Source of the DNA: Fastidiosibacter lacustris
GTDB taxonomy: Bacteria; Pseudomonadota; Gammaproteobacteria; Francisellales; Francisellaceae
NCBI RefSeq assembly: GCF_003428155.1
Contig: NZ_QLIR01000001.1
Location: 30,001-62,000, forward strand
Direction: 5' to 3'
DNA: 32,000 nucleotides
Program-made: the position numbers and the translations under genes
The notes under the pieces: model-generated
The model's database searches: none
Told to the model about the DNA's origin: nothing
What the model saw: only the letters and a program-made list of their open reading frames with translations
Shown here: positions 8,294-17,292 of the stretch, in pieces
Layout: every line of letters begins with the position of its first letter
Position numbering within the stretch: the stretch's first letter is position 1

Positions 8294-10162
8294 GTGGAAG
8301 TAAGTAACTTTTTTTTGTCACCAACGTATATTCCAATAGTGTTCATGGTGATTTTATCGTTGGGTTTTATTTGTCAATGGCTAGCTTGGAGGCTAAAATT
8401 ACCAGCAATTTTATTCTTGCTTGTTGTTGGAATTTTACTAGGACCTGTGAGTCAATTACTCTTTGGTGAACATTATCAGTTTCTGCGTCCATCCTTTTTA
8501 TTTGAAAAGATGCTTTATCCTGTTGTGTCGATTTGTGTATCGATTATTTTGTTTGAAGGTTGTATGACTCTTAAGTTTCGTGAAATTAGAGGTTTAGGTG
8601 GTACGGTTAGAAACATCGTAACCATTGGTCTTTTAATTACAGCGACATTAACAACTGTGCTTGTTCACTATATTTTTAATATTTCATGGCAGGTTTCGGC
8701 GCTTATTGGCGCTATTTCATCGGTTAGTGGACCGACCGTAGTGGTGCCAATTTTACGTAGTGTGAGACCCACTGAAAAACTCGCTAATATTATTCGGTGG
8801 GAAGGTATGCTCGTTGATCCAATCGGTGCATTATTAGCAGTAATTGTTTTTACTGCGATCACTGCTTCGCAATATGATGCTTTCTGGTATATTAGCACTC
8901 ATATTTTATCGGTGCTTTTAGTTGGTGGAATTGGCGGACTTATCACGGGATTTTTATTAGGGATGATTTTAAAAAAGCAATGGGTGCCAAGCTATCTGAA
9001 TAATATGTTTGTATTGTCTTTTGTAGTAACAAGCTTTGTGATTGCTGAATACGTTGTTGAAGGTGGGGGTCTTTTGATCGTCACCGTGATGGGAATTATC
9101 GTTGGTAATATGCCCAATACTCATATTGAGGAAATTCTTGATTTTAAGGAGTCTTTAAGCCTTATTTTGATTTCAAGTTTATTTATTATTTTAGGTGCGA
9201 ATGTTAGCTTTGAATATCTGGAGGGAGTTTGGTGGAAAGCAATTATCTTAGTGTTATTGTTACAATTTATTGTACGTCCTATTGCCGCAGCACTTTCAAT
9301 TTTAGGTAGTGAGCTTAATTGGCGTGAGCGTGTGATGATTAGCTGGATTGCACCGCGTGGAATTGTAGCAGCTGCGGTAGCAGCACTTTTTTCAATAAAA
9401 GTGATTGAGAATCTGGAATTGATAGAAGAAGGCGAGCTATTAGTATTAATTGTTTTTATGGTAATTTTAGGGACGGTCATTATCCAAAGTCTAACAGCTC
9501 CATTCTTAGCAAAAATACTTCATGCATCTGCCCCTGAACCAAGAGGTTTTTTGATGATAGGCGGAAATACTTTAGCACGTAGCATTGCCAAGGAGCTGAC
9601 TCAAAATGGCGTTCATGTTGTGATTGCAGATACCAGTTGGCGTAGTGTACAAGCTTGTCGATTGCAAGGGTTGGATTGCTATTATGGTAGCTCGGTTTCT
9701 GAACATGCTGATTGGCACTTAAATTTAGTAGGCATTGGTAGAATGCTTGGATGCTCAAGTAGCGAACAAATGAATACTTTAGCTGCGGTTAAGTATTATC
9801 GCGAGTTTGAGGGGAAAACTTCTGTTTTTGTGCTTCCCACGGCGCAAAACAAAGCAAATTCTAAGCTTACTTATTTAACTAAGAAATTTGCCAAACGGTT
9901 GTTTAGTAGAGACTTATCCTACCAGGTTTTGCGTAGCATGGTAAAGCAAGGCGGCCAAGTTAAAACAACAATGCTAACAGATGAGTTTAATTGGGAGCAA
10001 TTTATATCCTTAAATCAAACTGCTGTTCCACTTTTCTTTATTAATAAAAAAGGTCAGATTCATGTCGCATCGCCTGATAGCCAATATGCACCTGAGTCTG
10101 GTTGGAAAGTCATTTATCTTATGCCTCCAGCAAATTGGACTCCAGAGAGTGAAGATGAATAA
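8294..10162 (+). CDS. Monovalent cation:proton antiporter (CPA family) with C-terminal TrkA-N/RCK domain
   Basis: About 12 hydrophobic helices; LPAILFLLVVGILLGP, EGCMTLKF, SGPTVVVPIL, EGMLVDPIGALLA; C-terminal Rossmann-like GFLMIGGNTLARSIAKELTQNGVHVVIAD. GTG start with AAGGG upstream. Confidence 0.88.
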   Translation: MEVSNFFLSPTYIPIVFMVILSLGFICQWLAWRLKLPAILFLLVVGILLGPVSQLLFGEHYQFLRPSFLFEKMLYPVVSICVSIILFEGCMTLKFREIRGLGGTVRNIVTIGLLITATLTTVLVHYIFNISWQVSALIGAISSVSGPTVVVPILRSVRPTEKLANIIRWEGMLVDPIGALLAVIVFTAITASQYDAFWYISTHILSVLLVGGIGGLITGFLLGMILKKQWVPSYLNNMFVLSFVVTSFVIAEYVVEGGGLLIVTVMGIIVGNMPNTHIEEILDFKESLSLILISSLFIILGANVSFEYLEGVWWKAIILVLLLQFIVRPIAAALSILGSELNWRERVMISWIAPRGIVAAAVAALFSIKVIENLELIEEGELLVLIVFMVILGTVIIQSLTAPFLAKILHASAPEPRGFLMIGGNTLARSIAKELTQNGVHVVIADTSWRSVQACRLQGLDCYYGSSVSEHADWHLNLVGIGRMLGCSSSEQMNTLAAVKYYREFEGKTSVFVLPTAQNKANSKLTYLTKKFAKRLFSRDLSYQVLRSMVKQGGQVKTTMLTDEFNWEQFISLNQTAVPLFFINKKGQIHVASPDSQYAPESGWKVIYLMPPANWTPESEDE

Positions 10163-10205
10163 TAGTGGGGAATGGTTTACAAGTGGCTACTTTGTCATTT
10201 GGTTG

Positions 10206-13200
10206 TTACCATCTAGAGCACTTGAATAAATTAGGAATAAGCGGAAAATATAAGTAGAGCACGATTTTTTTTCTATCTAGCTGAAAGTATTTTGCAAGCT
10301 GTCGCTGGTAAATAAGTAGTTGCTTATAATATAGCTTACGTTGTGTTATTAAAAAAGCATCTAATGCTTCGCCTATTACAGGTGTTGTAAATTTGTAATC
10401 AATGATTTGATAGCCATCTTTGGTAGCGATAATTCTATCGGCGATACGTTTTTGTGGTTTATTAAAGCGTAAGCTCAACATGATTTGTTCACTAAAGCCA
10501 GTTGCTGAGAATATCCACGAGTAATGTTGCTTAGTATTTTGTATTGCGGTGTGGGCTTGTATATAAGCCTTTTTTTTAAGGTCACTTTTTAATCCATACT
10601 CATGTGTGGCAACTTCAAAGTAGGGTTGCCAATCTTGCTGTGGAAAGTAACAAAGGTAATTGAAAAGTGCATGTAGCACAGAACCAATACGCCGCTCATC
10701 ACTTAATACAAACTCACTGAAGCCGGGATGATTTAATGGATTTTTGTTGTTTAAATTAGCGTTGTCAAGAGCATTGCAAGCTTGGTTCTGCGAAAGTGGC
10801 AAGATAGTGTAGTTTTTTACTTGTTGGATGGGTTTATAAAATTGATTCTGATTTTTAGTTTCATCTACTTGATTGAGCTGTGGATCATTTAGCATAAAAT
10901 TCCAATCTAGTGCTAAAGGATGTAGCAAAGATAAAAAGCTATTTTTTTGAATACGAATATTTTCTTGGTCAGTGGTATCTACAACGGCACTAAGTAAAAC
11001 TTTGTATTTAGCACGCGTAATAGCAACGTACAATAAGCGTTGTAGCTCATAAGAAGCGCGTTTTTTCTGCATGTTTTGAATGACCTTATATAAGGCGGGA
11101 GCTGTGTCATCCCAACTATGTTTAATTGGACTTAACAACAGGTGAGTGCGTTGATCGTCAAGCTTTGTGGTTTCATATAAAAAAAGTTGACTGTCATCTG
11201 CTTTTGTCGCTTTCTCAAGCTGTGGCAAAATGACAAAATCAAATTCTAAACCTTTAGATTTATGAATAGTCATAATGTGGATATTTGCCGTGGGTGGTGC
11301 ACTTGCATACGTGGTTTTAAGTGCTTCAATTAAGCGCGTTGTGTCGCAAATTATTGTCCTATCTATGCTTAGGTGCTTATCTAAAATATCTAGATAATTG
11401 TCATAAAGTGTTGGTTGTGGATGAATAATAGGTCCATCAACCTTTTGCCAAAGTATGGTAAGCCGTTTAGTAAGAGGCGCTTTATTACCCATAAAGCCCT
11501 CATGCTGTATCCATTCTATAAAATAAGCCGCTTTTTGCTGATGAGCGTATTGCTTGTTTGATGCTAGATATTGGGTAAGCTGTTGAATGAAATTACTTTC
11601 TTCACTGCCAATAATTTGAATATGCTTGATTTCATTAAGTTCATGAAGTGTAAATCCAAATAAGTTAGATTGTAACAAGCTGATCCAATATATTTCATGT
11701 TGAGGGTTAGAAAGAATACAGCTTAAGCATAACAAATCAAGAATGATTGCTTGTTGATAAAGTGTTTCAATTTCGTTTTCGATAATAGCAAGTCCATGTG
11801 TCTTTAACGTCGGTACAATTGATTTAAGGTGGCTTCTGGAACGAACTAAAATAGCAATGTTATGCTTTGGATTAATTTTTTGATAAGATTTGATTGCATT
11901 AGCGATATGTATTGCTTCTTCATCGGCGGTTTGAAAATAGCTTTGTGTGAAAGTGTTGGGATTTACTTTGTCTGACAGTGTGTTTGAAGGCGCATAGGCA
12001 ATTCCTCCAAAATTTAAATCATTTATCTTAGGGAAAATTTGAGCAAAGGTGCTATTGACCCAGTCAACAATTGATTTTTGTGAGCGAAAATTACAGCTAA
12101 GTTGTAAATATTTAGGTTTAATCTGATTGATACCGTTGTCTTTAACTTGTAAAAAAAGATTCACTTCTGCTTGACGAAAACGATAAATCGATTGCATAGG
12201 ATCACCCACGACAAAAAGTGTTTTGCCATCGTTGGGCTGCCATTCTAGAGTTAACATTTGCAAAAGTGTAAACTGCAGAATAGATGTATCCTGAAACTCA
12301 TCTATTAAGAGGTGTTGGATTTGATGATCTAAATAAAGTGCCAAATTAGTTGGTGTATTTTCACTGCCTAAAGCAGACAGCGCTTGCAATGAAACCTCAT
12401 TAAAATCCATTTTTGCCGTTTGCGAAAAAATAAGTTTTAAGTATTGGACAGAGTGGATCGCAATGGCAGTCATTGCACTTAATATTTCCCATTCACTTGA
12501 GCTAAAGCATAAGCTTGAAAATAGGCGAAGCTCGCCAATAATAGCTGTTATTTGCTCTTTTTCTTTCTCTGAAAATAAACTGATGTATTCCATTAACCAA
12601 TTTGTATGGCTTTTGGCATTGGGGTCTTTAGCTGGGAGCTTTTGTTTAGCAGTGAAGCTTTTCCGAAATTCGTTGTTATTGGTAAAAATAAGAGAAGTTA
12701 AGTATTGCCATATTTCAACGTTGTTGGATGTAAAACTTAGACGTTGAGAACTAAGCTCAGGGTGACAAAAGTGAAGAATTTTAATGAATTTATCTTCATA
12801 CTCGTCAAGCTTTAATACAGTGTAAGCTTGTGTGCTTAGCGAGTTGAAAAGTGCACAAAATCCTGACTCAATTTCTTGTTTTGTGATAGAGCTGTTATTT
12901 TTAAATAGTTGAAGCTGGATGACGATAGGCAGCCATTGTTCACGTTTAGCAAGCATTGATGACAGAAGAGACTTTAAGCGTTCGATGTCATTATCCAAAT
13001 GTAGTAGGATACGATACAGGCTATCTTGCCAAGGACTATTGTTAGTTGTGTCATGAATAAGTGCATCAATGGCTTGTTCATATAGTGAGTTTGCATCTTC
13101 AGTAACATCTGCACTAAAAGCTTCATCACTTTCGTAGATAAGGTGCCTAGACAAATATTGGCAAAAAGCATCTATGGTCGTGATGCGTAAGCGCTTTGGG

Positions 13201-13529
13201 TTTTCAAGCAAATGCCAATTTTTTAACTGGTTTTGCTGTAAAGCTTTTTGTGCTAAATCAAAGGTTAAGTGTTTATGTGGCTCACAAGGAGGCTTCCCAC
13301 CATTAGCATTCACCAGTGCCTGATAAATTCGGTGGTGCATTTCATTGGCGGCTTTGTTTGTAAAGGTCAATGCAATAATTTCTTCAGGTGCATTCTGGAC
13401 ATGTGCTAATAGATTTAAATAGCGCTGAGTAAGTGTTTCGGTTTTCCCAGAACCAGCAGGTGCTTGAACGATAAAAGATTGTTTTGGATTAAGTGCTTGT
13501 TGTCGTGCATGAGCATCAGAGGGTGTCAT
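10206..13529 (-). CDS. UvrD/AddA-like helicase-nuclease (ATP-dependent double-strand break repair type)
   Basis: Walker A APAGSGKTETLTQRY, LTFTNKAANEM, Walker B HLLIDEFQDTS, VVGDPMQSIYRFRQAE, SCNFRS, HIMTIHKSKGLEFDFV, LLYVAITRAK; C-terminal RecB-type nuclease pattern GSVLHALFNYL ... RIADRII..DGYQIIDYKF ... YYKQLLIYQRQL. Confidence 0.88.
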   Translation of the reverse strand: MTPSDAHARQQALNPKQSFIVQAPAGSGKTETLTQRYLNLLAHVQNAPEEIIALTFTNKAANEMHHRIYQALVNANGGKPPCEPHKHLTFDLAQKALQQNQLKNWHLLENPKRLRITTIDAFCQYLSRHLIYESDEAFSADVTEDANSLYEQAIDALIHDTTNNSPWQDSLYRILLHLDNDIERLKSLLSSMLAKREQWLPIVIQLQLFKNNSSITKQEIESGFCALFNSLSTQAYTVLKLDEYEDKFIKILHFCHPELSSQRLSFTSNNVEIWQYLTSLIFTNNNEFRKSFTAKQKLPAKDPNAKSHTNWLMEYISLFSEKEKEQITAIIGELRLFSSLCFSSSEWEILSAMTAIAIHSVQYLKLIFSQTAKMDFNEVSLQALSALGSENTPTNLALYLDHQIQHLLIDEFQDTSILQFTLLQMLTLEWQPNDGKTLFVVGDPMQSIYRFRQAEVNLFLQVKDNGINQIKPKYLQLSCNFRSQKSIVDWVNSTFAQIFPKINDLNFGGIAYAPSNTLSDKVNPNTFTQSYFQTADEEAIHIANAIKSYQKINPKHNIAILVRSRSHLKSIVPTLKTHGLAIIENEIETLYQQAIILDLLCLSCILSNPQHEIYWISLLQSNLFGFTLHELNEIKHIQIIGSEESNFIQQLTQYLASNKQYAHQQKAAYFIEWIQHEGFMGNKAPLTKRLTILWQKVDGPIIHPQPTLYDNYLDILDKHLSIDRTIICDTTRLIEALKTTYASAPPTANIHIMTIHKSKGLEFDFVILPQLEKATKADDSQLFLYETTKLDDQRTHLLLSPIKHSWDDTAPALYKVIQNMQKKRASYELQRLLYVAITRAKYKVLLSAVVDTTDQENIRIQKNSFLSLLHPLALDWNFMLNDPQLNQVDETKNQNQFYKPIQQVKNYTILPLSQNQACNALDNANLNNKNPLNHPGFSEFVLSDERRIGSVLHALFNYLCYFPQQDWQPYFEVATHEYGLKSDLKKKAYIQAHTAIQNTKQHYSWIFSATGFSEQIMLSLRFNKPQKRIADRIIATKDGYQIIDYKFTTPVIGEALDAFLITQRKLYYKQLLIYQRQLAKYFQLDRKKIVLYLYFPLIPNLFKCSRW

Positions 13530-13680
13530 TTTTTTTGGTACGTTGATTTGACAATGAATTGATACAATGTAGCCTATTGAACTTTATAAGTCACGAAGCT
13601 TAGAGTTAATTAAGAAGGATGATGTCTGACCTTTTAGGATTTAGGTAAGAAAACTTTATATAAGGTATATAATTTGAGCC

Positions 13681-13866
13681 TCATAACTTAAAATCATCGG
13701 TTTTACGATTGAAAATATTACGATGCTTTTGAGCTTCTTTTTTTTGTGAGCTTGAACGCGTTGGGAAGTCGCGATCATAAGTCGATAAAAACTGACCAGC
13801 CTCACTGACGTATTCTCTTTGTTTTTTATTATCAAAAAGGTGCAACATTTTTAATATAATTGACAT
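13681..13866 (-). CDS. Small conserved-looking hypothetical protein (61 aa)
   Basis: MSIILKMLHLFDNKKQREYVSEAGQFLSTYDRDFPTRSSSQKKEAQKHRNIFNRKTDDFKL. On the minus strand, AGGA lies about 6-7 nt upstream of the ATG. Composition is hydrophilic and protein-like, and the ORF sits in an otherwise empty interval. Confidence 0.55.
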   Translation of the reverse strand: MSIILKMLHLFDNKKQREYVSEAGQFLSTYDRDFPTRSSSQKKEAQKHRNIFNRKTDDFKL

Positions 13867-14042
13867 AAGCTGTCCTAAAGAATAGTTTCTATTTTGACGA
13901 CGATTATACTAGAATGCGGGATAAAAACATATACTCACCAGCCAGCTTCTGTTTATCCAAAATTTCAGTTGATGAGATTTAAAGGTAAGTAAAATCGTAG
14001 CTCTACATGCTGAGTAAATAAATACTAGGAAAGTTGACTTCT

Positions 14043-15494
14043 ATGCGCCCAGGTCCGATTTTTAAGGTATTAGGCATACTTTTGATGTTTTTAAGCTTAA
14101 CGATGCTAACACCGATGATTGTGAATTGGATTTATGATGAACACAATGGCAAGCCATTTCTGTTGAGCTTTATCATCACTATGATTTCAGGTTTACTGCT
14201 TTGGCTGCTAAGTTCACGTTCTAAAAAAGAGCTTACTATTAAAGGTGGCTTTATTGTTGTGATTGCGATTTGGTCGGTTTTAGGTTTATATGGTTCGATT
14301 CCTTATATGCTTTCTAATGGGTTGCACCTTGAATTTTCTGATGCGGTATTTGAATCGGTATCAGGTTTTACAACAACTGGTGCTACCGTGATTCATGGTT
14401 TGGATTCATTACCAAAAAGCATTTTATACTATCGCCAACAAACACAACTCTTAGGTGGAATGGGGATTATTATTTTATCGGTAGCAATTTTACCTATGTT
14501 GGGTGTAGGGGGTATGCAATTATATCGTGCTGAAGCTAATGGACCTTGGAAAGAAAACAAGCTAACTCCAAGAATTGCTGATACAGCTAAGGTATTGTGG
14601 GGTATTTATTTATTACTTGTAGTCCTTTGTATCTTAAGTTATAAATTAGGTGGCATGACTTGGTTTAATGCAGTGTGCTACGCTTATTCAACAATTGGCA
14701 CTGGTGGGTTTGCGCCAAGTGATGCTTCAATGGGGGGGCAAACGCCATTAATTTATTCCATTTGTATCTTTTATATGATGGTTAGTGCCACTAGCTTTGC
14801 GCTACATTTTACTGCATTTAGAAGGTTATCATTAAAAGTATATTGGAGGGACCCAGAATTTAGAGCTTATATTTTCTTTGCATTTTCTATGATGGTTATT
14901 GTGGTATTAACACTTATTTCTCAAGATGCAACTAAGAGTAATGATCTCGCGTTTTGGGATGGTTTATTTCAAGTGGTTTCTTTTGTCTCTAATACGGGCT
15001 TTACTTCCGATTCAAACTATCATTCATGGCCTTTATTTATTCCGATATTACTAATGGTGATTGGTCTTATTGGTGGATGCGCAGGTTCTAGCTCAGGTGG
15101 GCTTAAGATTGTAAGAGCTGTATTATTGCGCAAGCAAGCATTTCGTGAGGCACGTAGGCTTGTGCATCCATCAGGGGTATTTCCTGTTAAATTTGGTAAT
15201 AAAGTGATGTCAGAGGCTGTCATGAGTAGTGTTTGGGGATTTGTGGCAGCTTATTTTATTATGTTTGTAATATTATGGTTGTGTATGATGGGTGTGGGGG
15301 TAGAATCAATTACCGCATTTTCAGCTGTAGCGGCAAGCATTTCGAATTTAGGTCCAGGGCTTGGACATGTGGGTGTTAATTATGCAATGCTACCTACTCA
15401 AGCACATTGGATATTAAATTTTGCAATGCTGTTAGGGCGTCTGGAAGTTTTTACTATCCTAGTATTATTTACCCCAGATTTTTGGCGACGTTAA
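14043..15494 (+). CDS. trkH: TrkH-family potassium uptake transporter
   Basis: YRQQTQLLGGMGIIILSVAILPMLGVGGMQLYRAE, pore loops SGFTTTGATV, YSTIGTGGFAP, SNTGFTSDS and LGPGLGHVG. ATG 14043 preceded by GGAAAG; the track TTG at 14034 lies too close to that RBS. Confidence 0.95.
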   Translation: MRPGPIFKVLGILLMFLSLTMLTPMIVNWIYDEHNGKPFLLSFIITMISGLLLWLLSSRSKKELTIKGGFIVVIAIWSVLGLYGSIPYMLSNGLHLEFSDAVFESVSGFTTTGATVIHGLDSLPKSILYYRQQTQLLGGMGIIILSVAILPMLGVGGMQLYRAEANGPWKENKLTPRIADTAKVLWGIYLLLVVLCILSYKLGGMTWFNAVCYAYSTIGTGGFAPSDASMGGQTPLIYSICIFYMMVSATSFALHFTAFRRLSLKVYWRDPEFRAYIFFAFSMMVIVVLTLISQDATKSNDLAFWDGLFQVVSFVSNTGFTSDSNYHSWPLFIPILLMVIGLIGGCAGSSSGGLKIVRAVLLRKQAFREARRLVHPSGVFPVKFGNKVMSEAVMSSVWGFVAAYFIMFVILWLCMMGVGVESITAFSAVAASISNLGPGLGHVGVNYAMLPTQAHWILNFAMLLGRLEVFTILVLFTPDFWRR

Positions 15495-16531
15495 TCGTAA
15501 GTTGGTTGTGTATTTTCATGTTTTTTGAGTTCGCTATCATCTATAATCCCAGACAAAAATAGCTTATTTAGGGCTTGCTGTAAGGTTTGCATTCCTTTAT
15601 TTTGGCTAGTCTGTAGGACATTGTAAAGCTGAGGAATTTTATTCTCACGAATGAGGTTTCTCACTGCGGTGTTGGCGATTAAAATTTCATGAGCAGCAAC
15701 ACGACCTCCTTCTTTACGACGAATTAAGCGTTGAGCAATTACTGCTTGTAGTGATTCTGATAACATTGCACGTACCATTGCTTGCTCATTTCCTGGGAAA
15801 ATGTTGATAATACGGTCGATCGTTTTAGGTGCTGAAGAGGTGTGTAATGTGGTAAATACAAGGTGACCTGTTTCAGCCGCAGTTAACGCAAGGCGAATGG
15901 TTTCAATATCACGCATTTCACCAACAAGTATATAGTCAGGGTCTTCGCGTAAAGCAGCACGTAAAGCATTATTAAAACTTAACGTGTCTCGTTTGACTTC
16001 CCGTTGATTAATCAGGCATTTATTAGGTTTATGGATAAATTCAATGGGATCCTCAATGGAAATAATATGTCCTTTTTCGGTTTGATTGATACGATCAATC
16101 ATTGCAGCCAGTGTTGTGCTTTTACCACTACCTGTTGGACCTGTTACAACAATAAGTCCATGAGGTTGATGAATAATTTGTTTAAATATTTCTGGAGCGT
16201 GCAAATCTTCTAAGCTATAGACTTGCTCAGGAATGGTACGAAAGACGATTGCAGGACCTCGATTTTGCATAAAAATGTTTACTCTAAAGCGCGAACCAAT
16301 TTGATCTTTATGCAGAGAAAAGTCGTATTCGAGTTGCGTTTTAAATTTTTCAAGCTGTTCTTTGCACAGGATGTTATGGATGAGTGTATTGACTTCATCT
16401 GCTGTAATAATCGTTTGATCACAGATTTCCATTGTGCCATCAATACGAAGAATGGGAGCAACTCCACTAGAAATGTGTAAATCCGATGCTTTTTTCTCCA
16501 CGCAAAGTGATAATAATTGTGTCAAGTTCAT
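15491..16531 (-). CDS. pilT: Type IV pilus retraction ATPase PilT
   Basis: MNLTQLLSLCVEKKASDLHISSG, Walker A GPTGSGKSTTLAAMID, IISIEDPIEFIH, LREDPDYILVGEMRD, TGHLVFTTLHT, C-terminal AVRNLIRENK. Start set at the ATG at 16531; the track extension to 16729 runs antisense over yggS. Confidence 0.95.
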   Translation of the reverse strand: MNLTQLLSLCVEKKASDLHISSGVAPILRIDGTMEICDQTIITADEVNTLIHNILCKEQLEKFKTQLEYDFSLHKDQIGSRFRVNIFMQNRGPAIVFRTIPEQVYSLEDLHAPEIFKQIIHQPHGLIVVTGPTGSGKSTTLAAMIDRINQTEKGHIISIEDPIEFIHKPNKCLINQREVKRDTLSFNNALRAALREDPDYILVGEMRDIETIRLALTAAETGHLVFTTLHTSSAPKTIDRIINIFPGNEQAMVRAMLSESLQAVIAQRLIRRKEGGRVAAHEILIANTAVRNLIRENKIPQLYNVLQTSQNKGMQTLQQALNKLFLSGIIDDSELKKHENTQPTYD

Positions 16532-16578
16532 GCTATGATGTTCCGTAATCAAATGATCCTTTGAATTAACTATAGCAG

Positions 16579-17277
16579 ATGGATACAGCTCAAGCACAAA
16601 AACTACATCAAAACTTACAGCAGCTACAAAAAAAAATTTGGCAATTAACAATTGGTAAGACAAGTAAACCTTTGTTGGTATCAGTATCAAAAAAGCAGAC
16701 AATTGAAGCAATTGAGGAAATTTTTTCACAGGGAATAAGAAATTTTGGCGAGAGCTTTATCCAGGAAGCAGAGATTAAAATTCCCAAGCTGTCAGATCAT
16801 ATTTGTTGGCATTATATTGGTGCTGTTCAATCCAATAAACTTAAAAAAATTGCTCAATATTTTAGTTGGTTACATACCTTAGCAGATATTAAACATGCCA
16901 AAAAACTGGAATTGCATTGTAGAGAATTTAATAAAAAAATCCAGGTGTGTATTCAAATCAATGTGGATTTAGAACCACAAAAAGCGGGCATCTTAATAAC
17001 TGATGAGGATAAAATTTATGCACTTGTAAAAGTAATCAACGATGCTTGCCCCCATTTAATATTGCGCGGTTTGATGTGTATTTTGCAAGAGAGTGGCGAT
17101 TACAATAAGCAATTGGTGAGTTTCAAGAAATTGGCAACACTAAAAGATAATATTAATGCATGTTTGGGTCTTAAATTAGATCAGCTATCGATGGGAATGT
17201 CTGAAGATATGGCAGCGGCAATTGAAGTAGGTAGTACGATAGTAAGAGTGGGTTCGGCAATATTTGGTAGTCGATAA
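16579..17277 (+). CDS. yggS: YggS/PROSC family PLP homeostasis protein
   Basis: VSVSKKQTIEAIEEIFSQGIRNFGESFIQEA, WHYIGAVQSNKLKKIA, LSMGMSEDMAAAIEVGSTIVRVGSAIFGSR. Divergent from pilT, a common gammaproteobacterial neighbourhood. Confidence 0.93.
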   Translation: MDTAQAQKLHQNLQQLQKKIWQLTIGKTSKPLLVSVSKKQTIEAIEEIFSQGIRNFGESFIQEAEIKIPKLSDHICWHYIGAVQSNKLKKIAQYFSWLHTLADIKHAKKLELHCREFNKKIQVCIQINVDLEPQKAGILITDEDKIYALVKVINDACPHLILRGLMCILQESGDYNKQLVSFKKLATLKDNINACLGLKLDQLSMGMSEDMAAAIEVGSTIVRVGSAIFGSR

Positions 17278-17292
17278 AAGGGGAAAGTGTTT

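Noticed and set aside
1043-9758. Antisense/shadow ORFs in the track (1043..1246, 2324..2647, 3930..4145, 4735..4971, 5095..5334, 5240..5425, 7753..8079, 8668..8898, 9121..9480, 9480..9758)
   Set aside because: Each lies opposite a well-supported hydrogenase, permease or antiporter gene. Compositions such as Ser/Thr/Ile runs are typical of complement-strand readings, with no domain signatures.
16532-16729. N-terminal extension of the pilT ORF (MKKFPQLLQLSAFLILIPTKVYLSYQLL...)
   Set aside because: Canonical PilT begins at MNLTQLLSLCVEKKASDLHIS (16531). The extension is antisense to the yggS start and merely lacks stops.
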